In this document: in pieces, positions 49,246 to 57,942 of the stretch
Position numbering within the stretch: the first letter of the stretch is position 1
Layout of the letters: every line of letters starts with the position of its first letter
Assembly: GCA_016932695.1 (NCBI GenBank)
Contig: JAFGCH010000016.1
Location: 1,709 to 65,708 of the forward strand
Reading direction: 5' to 3'
DNA length: 64,000 nt
DNA from: Acidimicrobiia bacterium
GTDB lineage: Bacteria > Actinomycetota > Acidimicrobiia > Spongiisociales > UBA11373
Made by a program: the position numbers and the translations under genes
Notes under the pieces: generated by a model
The model's input: the letters and a program-made list of their open reading frames with translations, nothing else
Databases searched by the model: none
Told to the model about the DNA's origin: nothing

Positions 49246-50445
49246 CTATTCGCCGGCCAGGGCCGCCGTGATCTGCTGCAGGTGCCCCTCGTCGTGGAGG
49301 CGCCCCTCCATCATCCCGTAGGCCAGCCGCCAGTAGGACCCCTTACGGGCGACGAAATCCTGGGGCAAGGCGGCGAGCATGGCCCAGGTCTCGGCGCGGT
49401 TGCGCCGCAGCTCCTTCAGCAGGCCTCCGGGGGTGGGGAAGACGGCGAGCAGGCCGGCATGGGCGATGTCTAGGTTGCCCGGCCAGTCGTCGATCCAGTG
49501 CTCCTGTCCTCCGACCAACTGGGTGATGTAGTCGTGGGTGGCTCGCTCGCCGACGATGAGGTGGCAGAGCACCTCGCGAGCACTCCAGCCGCCGTCGGCG
49601 GGGCGGCGGGCGGCTCGCTCGTCGCCGACACCCTCGAAGGCCTCGGTCAGCCGGGCCAGGAAGGCCTCCCCGGAAGCGGTCATCGCCGCGGAGAGCGCCG
49701 CCGGGTCGGCCGGCGGCTCATCGATGGGCCGGCCCGACAGGGTCATCGTGGTGCGGGCCTTGTCGGCGCCCCGGTAGTAGGTGACCTGGACTTCGTCTCC
49801 GGCCTCATGGCCGAGCAGGGCTTCCTGCAGGCCGGCCCAGTCGGGGGTCTTGTCGCCGCCGATGCGGACGATCACGTCACCTTTCTGGAGCCCGGCGGCC
49901 TGGGCGCCCATCTCCTCCACCACCCCGCCCAGCAGGATGCCCCGGTCGACGGGCACGCCCAGGCGGGCGACGGCCTCGGGGGTCAGGGTGTCGGGGAGGA
50001 TGCCCAGCATGGGGCGGCGGATGAAGCGCAGGTCGTGCCCGGTCTCGAGCACCGACTTCAGGTTCTCCAGGCCCGTCTCCCAGCCCCGGCGGACCGATTT
50101 GGCTTTCTTGGGCGGCTTCTTCCCCTTCCCTCCCGCCCCGTGGGTCAACTCCACTATCGTGGCCTCACCGTCCGGGCGCAGGTCGACCCGGACGCGGGAG
50201 GCGGCCTTGTCTCCCCGCCCCTGCCAGGTGAAAACGACCCGTTCGTTGGGGATCACCTTGGTGAACTCCCCGGTGGCGTAGTAGCCGCCGGCCCACCACA
50301 GGTGGAGGCGGCCTTCCTGCCGGGGGATGGCCGTGGCGGCGTCGCAGAGCCACTCCCGCAGGGCGGTGGAATTGATGAAGGCGTGGAACACCTGGGCGGG
50401 GGTGGCCTCGATGCGCTGCTGCAGGGTGACGGGTTTGGCTGACAT
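49246..50445 (-). CDS. SRPBCC (Aha1-like) + PDZ + DinB-like multidomain protein
   Basis: ATPAQVFHAF..GWETGLENLK; MLGI..AAGLQKGDVIV; WSAREVLCHL..HDEGHLQQI. Confidence 0.8.
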   Translation of the reverse strand: MSAKPVTLQQRIEATPAQVFHAFINSTALREWLCDAATAIPRQEGRLHLWWAGGYYATGEFTKVIPNERVVFTWQGRGDKAASRVRVDLRPDGEATIVELTHGAGGKGKKPPKKAKSVRRGWETGLENLKSVLETGHDLRFIRRPMLGILPDTLTPEAVARLGVPVDRGILLGGVVEEMGAQAAGLQKGDVIVRIGGDKTPDWAGLQEALLGHEAGDEVQVTYYRGADKARTTMTLSGRPIDEPPADPAALSAAMTASGEAFLARLTEAFEGVGDERAARRPADGGWSAREVLCHLIVGERATHDYITQLVGGQEHWIDDWPGNLDIAHAGLLAVFPTPGGLLKELRRNRAETWAMLAALPQDFVARKGSYWRLAYGMMEGRLHDEGHLQQITAALAGE

Positions 50446-50523
50446 GGGAGCCCTCCGGCCGATCGCGGGTGGGAGCGGGAGCGCGCTCATCCTATTCGGG
50501 GGCGCGCCGCTGCGCCGGGCCGG

Positions 50524-50733
50524 CTACGGGGTGGCCAGCATCACCTCGGTGGCCTTGATCACCGCGATCACCGGGTCGCCGGGGGCCAGGCCCAGTTCCT
50601 CGGCGGCCTCTCGAGTGATGGCGGCCGTCAGGGTCTGCCCCCCGGGGAGGGCGACCCGCACCGTCGACATAACTGTGCCGTGCTCGATCTCGGCGACCTT
50701 CCCTTGGAGCTGGTTGCGGGCGCTGAGGCGCAT
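50524..50733 (-). CDS. Molybdate-binding TOBE (Mop) protein
   Basis: MRLSARNQLQG..LGLAPGD..AVIKATEV; GGAGG SD. Confidence 0.92.
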   Translation of the reverse strand: MRLSARNQLQGKVAEIEHGTVMSTVRVALPGGQTLTAAITREAAEELGLAPGDPVIAVIKATEVMLATP

Positions 50734-50793
50734 GAGAGTCCCTCCTTGCTGCCGAGCCCACGCTACCGCCGGTCGGCGAGGCAGAATGGGGCT

Positions 50794-51045
50794 ATGACCC
50801 GCCGCGTCGTGCTCGTGCTCCTCACGGCCGTGCTGCTGGCCCTGGTGCTTCCCGCCGCCGGAGCCCCGGCCCAGTCGGGTCCCGCAACCACCACCACGGT
50901 GCCGGCAACCTCTGCCGGAGGGACCTCGCCCTGGGTGCTGGTGCTGATCGGCGCCGGCGCCGGGGCCGTGGTGGGGACTCTCACCGGCCTGGCGCGCCGC
51001 CGCCGGGCCGAGCGGGAGCGGGGCGACCCGCACCGCCCCGGCTAG
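50794..51045 (+). CDS. Small secreted/anchored hypothetical protein
   Basis: Signal peptide, short Thr linker, TM helix and RRRR tail. Confidence 0.55.
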   Translation: MTRRVVLVLLTAVLLALVLPAAGAPAQSGPATTTTVPATSAGGTSPWVLVLIGAGAGAVVGTLTGLARRRRAERERGDPHRPG

Positions 51046-53573
51046 CCCGGGCGGTAGGTCTCCTGAGAGAGCGAGCCACCATCGGGGGCCCGGCGGTCTA
51101 GGAGGATCGCTCCGTCCCCCCGGCGCTGGGCGGCCAGCACCAGGGCCCCGTCGGTGCCGGCTGCGGCGGAGAAGGGGTCGAAGCCGGCGGGCAGTCCCTC
51201 CCGGTAGCGCAGGTCTCCGGTGGCCGCATCCCGGGACACGATCCACACGGTGCCGTTGCGCCGCGCCCGGAGAGCGGCCACGAAGTTGCCACCGACGGCA
51301 GAGAGGATGATCCCGGAGTCCGGCGGCATGCGGTAAGTGGCCGCCGGTACGAGGCCGGCGGAGTAGACCAGGACCCGGGTCCGGCCGGTCTCGGCCGACC
51401 GCCACAGGACGGCGGGCCGCCCTCCGGACAGGAGGGCCAGCGCTTCGGCCTGCCCGCCGGCAGGAAGCGACGCTTCGGCCCGTATTCGGCCGTCGAGGCT
51501 CAGCACCTGCAGGCGCGTGTCCCCGGCCGTTGTGCCCAGCAGGACGATCTCCGAGTTGCCGTCGGCATCCGCGTCGTAGGCCGCGGCCGCGATCGGCGTC
51601 AGGCTCAGCGGGACCTCGGCGAGCAGAGCGCCGGTGAGGTCGCGGGTCGCGAAGACTGGGCCCGTCGGCCCCGTCGCAGTGACGCCGAGCGCGGGAGACC
51701 CGCCCACCACGAGGGCCGTCGGCCCGTCGGGGTCTGCCAGTTGCCGTCCGAAACGGATGCGTCGGACGAGGGCCCCCTCGGGGGTGAAGAGCGACACCGG
51801 CGCTCCGTCCGCGACGTGGAGCACGGCCAGACGTTCCCCGTCCGGGGTGAGCAGGGCGACCAGGCCCCGCACCTCACCGGCCAGATCCTGAACCCACGGG
51901 CCGTCCTCGGCGTCCCGCCCGCGCAGGACCCAGCCGCCGGAGGCCGGGTCCACATGGGCCGCGACGGTCCCGGTCGAAGTGCCGGCCGCGGCGAGAGCCC
52001 CGAAGGTGCCCCCGGCGTCGCGGATGCAGCCCGCCCCTGCCGTCCAGTGCGGGTCGTGACCTGCGAAGAACCAGTAGATCAGCCGGTCGTCGGTGGTGGC
52101 CCCGCGCTTGCCGCCGAGGTGCACGGTGAGGGTTCCATCGCGATCGAGGAAGTACAGATCGCCCCGGCCGTCCCCGTCGAGGTCCTCGACGGCGAATCCG
52201 CCGTCGCGGGCCGGTCCTTCCAGGGTGATTGCCTCGTCGGGGCCGGTGAACCCCGACGCCCCCGGCACGATGTGGACGACGGGGTCGTCGCCGGGTTCGA
52301 GAGCGAACAGGTCGGGTATGCCGTCGCCGTCGCGCTCGCCCAGGGCGTAGCGCCAGCCCTCCCCGCCGGTGAATGGCAGGGCGACCGACAGGGCTGAAGT
52401 GAAGCGACGCCCGCGCCAGATCTCGAGGGCCGCCGGGGTTCCCGGTCGTAGGACGTAGAGGTCGGCATGGCGGTCCCGGTCGTGGTCGCCCACCAGGAAA
52501 GCCAGACCGGTGCCTGCCGGGATGACGGTGGCAACCGGGCCGCGGCGGAGGGTGAAGCCTGAGGCGAAGGTGTAAATCGACAGTACGACCGTGGCGCCGG
52601 AGGCATCTGCCACCCAGAGGTCGGGGCGCCCATCGTCGCCGTCGTCGGCGAGCATCACGGCGGCTCCGGCGGGAACCGGCCATCCCGTGCTCTCGGCGGT
52701 GGTGCACGTCTCGAAACCGTGCATCGCCTGGGCAGCCTCGACGCCCAGGTGGCCGGCCGGGGTCCAGGGCCGGACCTCCACGGCGTCGGCGGCCCCGTCG
52801 CGATCTAGGTCGGCGAGTAGCCGCGTCCCGTCTGTTGCCGCCGGGCCCAGGGCGGTGGAGAAAGAGAGGGTGCGGGTGAAGGCCGCGGGCGAGGTACGCG
52901 GCGGGAACGGGGCCGGGGTACGGTAGCCCCGCGTGGCCGGCGGGCCTTCCCACGAGAAGTGCATCGGGTCCTTCTTCTCCTGCCAGTGGCCGCCCCAGCA
53001 CCAGCCGGCGTCGGTCCAAGCCTTCACGAACCAGTCCGGCATGTCGGTGATCAGCACGTTGTCGAGGCGGTAGGGGTTGGTGGTCGCGTTGATATCGATA
53101 GCTGCCCCCACGGCATGGAACGAGAGGTAGCGGCCCGGCGGGATGGTGGCCGCTCGGTAGGACCACGTGTCCCACGAGCGAATGGTGTAGGTGCGGCCGC
53201 CGGCCGCCTCACGTTCGAGGTTGCGGATCACCGCGGCCAGTGCCGGAGCGACACGGGAATGCACCCAAACGCCGACGTCCCCGGTGGGGGAGGGGAGGTA
53301 GGTGCGCACCAGTTGGGACCGAACCGCGGCTATGTCCCGGCCGAAGAAGTCGCCCCAGGGACCGAGCACCGGCTCGGTGTTCGGCAGGTTGCCGGCTTGC
53401 AGGGCGAAGGGCCCTCGAATGCCGTCGGGGCCCCCGCAACCGGGTGATTCGCTGAAGGAGGGGATGGTGGTGAGACGCGGTGTGGGGTCGTCCTCGGCCG
53501 CCGCCGGAACGGCGACCAGGAGCAGGGCGAGCACGAACCCGGCGGCGAGCCGGCGCCGCGGTGATTTCGTCAT
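51042..53573 (-). CDS. Secreted M15 family metallopeptidase with FG-GAP/VCBS-like repeats
   Basis: Signal peptide; SFHAVGAAIDIN, WGGHW..DPMHF; repeats DLDRDGAAD, DDGRPDL, DHDRDRHADL, DGDGIPDL, DLDGDGRGDL. Confidence 0.85.
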   Translation of the reverse strand: MTKSPRRRLAAGFVLALLLVAVPAAAEDDPTPRLTTIPSFSESPGCGGPDGIRGPFALQAGNLPNTEPVLGPWGDFFGRDIAAVRSQLVRTYLPSPTGDVGVWVHSRVAPALAAVIRNLEREAAGGRTYTIRSWDTWSYRAATIPPGRYLSFHAVGAAIDINATTNPYRLDNVLITDMPDWFVKAWTDAGWCWGGHWQEKKDPMHFSWEGPPATRGYRTPAPFPPRTSPAAFTRTLSFSTALGPAATDGTRLLADLDRDGAADAVEVRPWTPAGHLGVEAAQAMHGFETCTTAESTGWPVPAGAAVMLADDGDDGRPDLWVADASGATVVLSIYTFASGFTLRRGPVATVIPAGTGLAFLVGDHDRDRHADLYVLRPGTPAALEIWRGRRFTSALSVALPFTGGEGWRYALGERDGDGIPDLFALEPGDDPVVHIVPGASGFTGPDEAITLEGPARDGGFAVEDLDGDGRGDLYFLDRDGTLTVHLGGKRGATTDDRLIYWFFAGHDPHWTAGAGCIRDAGGTFGALAAAGTSTGTVAAHVDPASGGWVLRGRDAEDGPWVQDLAGEVRGLVALLTPDGERLAVLHVADGAPVSLFTPEGALVRRIRFGRQLADPDGPTALVVGGSPALGVTATGPTGPVFATRDLTGALLAEVPLSLTPIAAAAYDADADGNSEIVLLGTTAGDTRLQVLSLDGRIRAEASLPAGGQAEALALLSGGRPAVLWRSAETGRTRVLVYSAGLVPAATYRMPPDSGIILSAVGGNFVAALRARRNGTVWIVSRDAATGDLRYREGLPAGFDPFSAAAGTDGALVLAAQRRGDGAILLDRRAPDGGSLSQETYRPG

Positions 53574-53653
53574 AGCCCAAGTATCGGACTCCGGAGGACC
53601 TTCCCCGACGATTTGGTGGTGTTCAGCCGAGGAGCAGAGCGGGATCGCGGCCT

Positions 53654-54598
53654 TCAGTGCCGCTCGTCGAACCGCCACAGCCCGGCCGCCCGGGCGGCTT
53701 CGTAGGCGGCGGCGACCTCTTCCGGCAGGGGGCGGCGATCGATGTCGGCGTACCGGGGAGAGCCCGGGACCAGGTGATCGGGGCGGTATTGGGCCATGAC
53801 GTTCAGGTAGGTGTCGGGGGAGAGCGTCTCGGCCAGCCAGCGGAAGATGGCGGCGCTCTCCGTCCCCAGGCCGGGCATCACCAGATGGCGCACCAGCAGC
53901 CCGCGTCGGGCCAGGCCGTCGGGGCCCAGGCGAAGCACGCCCACCTGCCGGTGCATCTCGGCAACGGCTTCCCGGGCCCGCCGCGGGTAGTCGGCGGCCC
54001 GGGCCAGGCGGCGCGCCGTCGCGGGCTCCCAGAACTTGAAGTCGGGCATGTAGATGTCCACTAGGCCGTCCATGAGGCTCAGGGAGGCGAGCCCGTCGTA
54101 GGCTCCGGTGTTGTACACCAGGGGCAGCCGCAGCCCTCGGGGCACCGCCAGCGCCAGAGCTTCGATCACCTGAGGGACGACGTGCTCTGGGGTGACCAGG
54201 TTGATGTTGTGGCAGCCGTGGTCCTGGAGGGCGAGCATCAGGGCGGCCAGGTCCTCGGCGGGGCAGGCCCTCCCGACGGCCTGCTGGGAGATGTCCCAGT
54301 TCTGGCAGAAGGCGCAGCGCAGGTTGCACCCGGCGAAGAAGATGGTGCCCGATCCCCGGCGGCCGCGCAGGCAGTCCTCCTCCCCGCGGTGGGGGAAGGC
54401 GCTGGCCACCACGGCATGGCGTCCTACCCGGCAGACTCCGGCCTCGCCGGCGAGACGGTCCACTCCGCAGTCGCGCGGGCAGGCTCGGCAGGCGCGCAAC
54501 TCCTCCAGAGCGGCGTCCGCCTTGGCGGCCAGGGCCCCCGAGTGCCAGGCCGCCAGGTAGGCCGGTTCGGCCTCCTTCGCGGCGAAGCGCCCGGCCAT
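53654..54598 (-). CDS. Radical SAM protein (PflX-like)
   Basis: CRACPRDC, GSGTIFFAGCNLRCAFCQN, HNINLVTP, DIYMPDFK. Confidence 0.9.
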   Translation of the reverse strand: MAGRFAAKEAEPAYLAAWHSGALAAKADAALEELRACRACPRDCGVDRLAGEAGVCRVGRHAVVASAFPHRGEEDCLRGRRGSGTIFFAGCNLRCAFCQNWDISQQAVGRACPAEDLAALMLALQDHGCHNINLVTPEHVVPQVIEALALAVPRGLRLPLVYNTGAYDGLASLSLMDGLVDIYMPDFKFWEPATARRLARAADYPRRAREAVAEMHRQVGVLRLGPDGLARRGLLVRHLVMPGLGTESAAIFRWLAETLSPDTYLNVMAQYRPDHLVPGSPRYADIDRRPLPEEVAAAYEAARAAGLWRFDERH

Positions 54599-55662
54599 CA
54601 CCGCGTCGCGGGCCGGTCTGGGGGAGGGAGCCCGGCCGCGGCGGCGAAGATCCCGGGGCATGGGGCACCGCAGGCGGCACAGCGTCCCTCGGAGGTCAGT
54701 CCCCACGCGGTGAGGCGGTACCAGTCCCGGCCCACCAGGAGGGCCCCGCAGGCCGGGCAGCGGGTGGACTGGCCTTCGGGGTCGACGACGTTGCCGGTGT
54801 AGACGAAGCGGAGGCCGGCCCGGCGGGCGAGCCGCCGGGCCTCGGCCAGGGTGGAAGGCGGCGTGGGCGGCCGGTCGGTCATCCGGTAGGCGGGGTGGAA
54901 GGCGCTGAAGTGGAGGGGGGTGTCGGGGCCCAGGTGCTCCGCCACCCAGGCGCTCAGGGCGTTGATCTCGGCGGGGGAGTCGTTCAGGCCCGGGATCAGC
55001 AGGGTGGTCACCTCCAGCCAGGTGGCGGTGTGGCGGGCGACGTACTCCAGGGTCTCCAGCACCGGGGCGAGGCGCCCTCCGCAGTAGCGGCGGTAGAAGC
55101 CGTCGTCGAAGGACTTCAGGTCGATGTTGGCCGCGTCCATCACGGCATAGAACTCGGCCCGGGGCTCGGGGTTCACGTAGCCGGCGGTCACCGCCACTGT
55201 GGCGATCCCCCGGGCGCGGCAGGCTCGGGCGGTATCTACGGCGTACTCGTGGAAGGCGACGGGATCGTTGTAGGTGAAGGCCACGCTGCGGCAGCCCAGG
55301 CGGACGGCCCGCGCGGCGATCGCCTCAGGGGAAGCCTCGGCCGCCAGGATGTCGTCGTTTGTCGCCTTCGACATGTCCCAGTTCTGACAGAAGCGGCAGG
55401 CCAGGTTGCAGCCGGCGGTGCCGAAGGAGAGCACCCCGCTGCCGGGGTGGAAGTGGAAGAGGGGCTTCTTCTCGATGGGATCCACGGCGAACCCACTCGA
55501 CCTGCCGTAGGTGGTGAGCACGATGGCGTCGCCCCGGCGGGCCCGGCCGAAGCAGAGGCCGCGCTGGCCCTCCCGCAGCGAGCACTGCCGGGGGCACAGG
55601 TCGCACTGCACCCGGCCGTCCTCGCGGAGGTGCCAGTAGCGGGTGGGCGCCGCCGTGTCCAT
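54598..55662 (-). CDS. amrS: AmmeMemoRadiSAM system radical SAM enzyme
   Basis: CDLCPRQC, DPIEKKPLFHF, GCNLACRFCQNW, AFTYNDP, TRCPACG. Confidence 0.9.
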   Translation of the reverse strand: MDTAAPTRYWHLREDGRVQCDLCPRQCSLREGQRGLCFGRARRGDAIVLTTYGRSSGFAVDPIEKKPLFHFHPGSGVLSFGTAGCNLACRFCQNWDMSKATNDDILAAEASPEAIAARAVRLGCRSVAFTYNDPVAFHEYAVDTARACRARGIATVAVTAGYVNPEPRAEFYAVMDAANIDLKSFDDGFYRRYCGGRLAPVLETLEYVARHTATWLEVTTLLIPGLNDSPAEINALSAWVAEHLGPDTPLHFSAFHPAYRMTDRPPTPPSTLAEARRLARRAGLRFVYTGNVVDPEGQSTRCPACGALLVGRDWYRLTAWGLTSEGRCAACGAPCPGIFAAAAGLPPPDRPATR

Positions 55663-55709
55663 CAACGGGATGATCCTCCCGGCCGGGCCCTTCCACAAGG
55701 CCCGGGCGC

Positions 55710-56543
55710 CTACTCGGGTGCCGCCTCCCAGTCGACGGCCACCTCGTGTTCCGGATCGTCGCGGTCGACGGCCACCGCCAACTGCCGGCCCGGCCCCACC
55801 CGACCGACCAGGTCGGCGGGAAGCCAGTGCACCACCTTCGCCTGATAGGGGTCGCGCCCCGGCAGTTTCACTTCCAGTTCGAGCAGAGCCAACCGGGCGC
55901 CGGCGCGGGGGTCGGTGGCCGTCATCAGGCCGGCCTCTACCGCGTCGCCCAAATCCCGGATGCCGAGCAAACGCGCCGTGCCCCGGCGCCCCCGGGCCAG
56001 CAGGTCGGCGGCCGATCCCCGCCGTTCCGGGGGGATGGCGGCGAGGAGAGCGGGAGGGTCGTCCGTCTCTGTAGCGCCGGCGGCGCGGGGCATCTCGCTC
56101 CAGTCGATGGCCACCCGGGAGGCATCGGCCGGGTCCACCCGCACGGACACCTCATGGTCGGGGAGCACCGCGCCCACCAGCATGCGGGGAACCATCTGCT
56201 TCACGGTCACCGGATAGGGCGGCTGTCCCTCGCGGTGGACCTCAAGGTCGAAGGAGAAGGCCGGCGCTTCGTTGATGGTCCAGCCGGTCTCCCCGATGGC
56301 CCGAACGAGCGCCCGGGCGGGGAGGCCCTCCGGGATGGCGGCCGCGCCGCGCAGCAAAGAGCGCAGGCTGGTTCCCCCGGTCAGGGCCCCGGTCTTGGCT
56401 CCCACCAGCCAGAAGACGGTTCCGGCGATCAGCAGCGGGATGCCGGGGGCCAAGAGGGCCGGGTTGCCGGTGACGGCACCGGCAACCACCAGAGCCGCCC
56501 CGGCCACATCGGCCAGGATGCCCGAGACGATGAAGGGGGTCAT
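55710..56543 (-). CDS. Membrane-anchored protein with a tandem duplicated beta domain
   Basis: Two TM helices, then two similar units each containing LEV..G..PY and ending VAIDW/VAVDW. Confidence 0.7.
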   Translation of the reverse strand: MTPFIVSGILADVAGAALVVAGAVTGNPALLAPGIPLLIAGTVFWLVGAKTGALTGGTSLRSLLRGAAAIPEGLPARALVRAIGETGWTINEAPAFSFDLEVHREGQPPYPVTVKQMVPRMLVGAVLPDHEVSVRVDPADASRVAIDWSEMPRAAGATETDDPPALLAAIPPERRGSAADLLARGRRGTARLLGIRDLGDAVEAGLMTATDPRAGARLALLELEVKLPGRDPYQAKVVHWLPADLVGRVGPGRQLAVAVDRDDPEHEVAVDWEAAPE

Positions 56544-56584
56544 GGGCGAACCCTAGGGAATCGCCCGTCACCGCGTCGGCCGGA

Positions 56585-57583
56585 TCAACCGGTGACCAGC
56601 ACCGCCGCCCCGCTCACCTCGCCTCGCTTGAGCCGGGCCAGGGCGGTGTTGGCTTGCTCGAGGGGGAAGACGTCGGCCACGGTTTGGACCGGGATGCGGG
56701 CCGCCAGGTAGATGAACTCCTGGGCGTCGCGCCGGGTGGCGTTGGCCACACTGCGGATCTGTCGCTCCCACCACAGGTGCCGGTAGGGGAACTCGGGGAT
56801 GCGATCCAGGTGGATGGCGTTGACCGCCACCACCCCGCCACGGTCCAGGGCTTTGAGGGCGGCCAGCACCACCTCACCCACCGGGGCGAAGGTGATGGCG
56901 GCGTCCAGGGGCACCGGCGGTGGCTCCTCGTAGCCGCCCGCCCAGACCGCTCCCAGGTCGCGAGCCCGCTGCTGCTCGCCGGGAGAGCGGGTGGCGACGT
57001 AGACCTCACAGCCCCAGTGGGTCGCCACCTGGATGGCCAGCAGGGCGGAGGCACCGAACCCGTACAGACCGAGGCGCTCCCCGGGCCGGATGCCGCTCAC
57101 CCGCAGCGAGCGGTACCCGATGACCCCGCCGCAGAGCAGCGGTGCCGCCGCCAGGTCGGGAAAGCGCTCGGGGAGGCGTACCGCCCAGTCGGCGCGCACC
57201 GTGGCTTGCTCCGCGTAGCCCCCATCGCGGTCCCAGCCGGTGAAGGTAGCCTGCTCGCAGAGGTTCTCGCGGCCGCTGCGGCAGAAGCCGCAAACCTCGC
57301 AGGAGCCGGCCGGCCAGCCCACCCCGGCGCGGTCACCGATCTCCCAGTCCGATACGCCGGAGCCGAGGGCGGCGACGCGTCCGACGATCTGGTGGCCGGG
57401 GATGATGGGCAGCCGGCGGGCCTCGAGGTCGCCCTCGACCAACTGCAGGTCGGTGCGGCACACCCCGCAGGCGGTCACCTCCAGCAGCAACTCGCCCCCG
57501 CCGGGGACGGGTGCGGGCACGTTCATGGCCAGCAGCGGCGCGGTCTCAATGGGCCCGGGTTCGGAAAGCACGATGGCCTTCAT
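56585..57583 (-). CDS. Zinc-binding alcohol dehydrogenase family protein
   Basis: GVCRTD, GHQIVG, CEVCGFC..ENLC, GLYGFGAS. Confidence 0.92.
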   Translation of the reverse strand: MKAIVLSEPGPIETAPLLAMNVPAPVPGGGELLLEVTACGVCRTDLQLVEGDLEARRLPIIPGHQIVGRVAALGSGVSDWEIGDRAGVGWPAGSCEVCGFCRSGRENLCEQATFTGWDRDGGYAEQATVRADWAVRLPERFPDLAAAPLLCGGVIGYRSLRVSGIRPGERLGLYGFGASALLAIQVATHWGCEVYVATRSPGEQQRARDLGAVWAGGYEEPPPVPLDAAITFAPVGEVVLAALKALDRGGVVAVNAIHLDRIPEFPYRHLWWERQIRSVANATRRDAQEFIYLAARIPVQTVADVFPLEQANTALARLKRGEVSGAAVLVTG

Positions 57584-57704
57584 AGGCCCGACCCTACCCC
57601 CCGGCGGGGGCGGCGTCATCTGCCTCCGCTACCGGGGTGGAGCGGGGGTTCTGGCGGGCTCGTCTCGCTTTGCCATAGCAACCGGAGCGTGGCAAGGTAA
57701 CGGG

Positions 57705-57887
57705 GTGAGTTCGATCAAGCAGGTGGCGGGAAGGCGCCCCAAGAAGGTCTACGACGGGGGTCGCCATTGCGCCTATCCCGGGTGCACCACCTTGATCTCC
57801 CGCTACAACAAGAACGAGTACTGCTGGCGGCACTTCCAGCCGCGGCCGGAGCCGGCCCGCGTCCCCGTGCCGCCGCCCAAGGCCTGA
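57705..57887 (+). CDS. Small (60 aa) putative zinc-finger protein
   Basis: CAYPGC-x11-YCWRH pattern, basic N-terminus. Confidence 0.65.
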   Translation: MSSIKQVAGRRPKKVYDGGRHCAYPGCTTLISRYNKNEYCWRHFQPRPEPARVPVPPPKA

Positions 57888-57942
57888 GCCCGAGCCCTCG
57901 GCGGGCCCCGCCCGGCGGCGGGGTACCGCGGTCGCGGCCGCC

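Noticed and set aside
51042-54680. 1212-aa ORF
   Set aside because: The upstream part overlaps the PflX-like gene out of frame; the signal peptide begins at 53573
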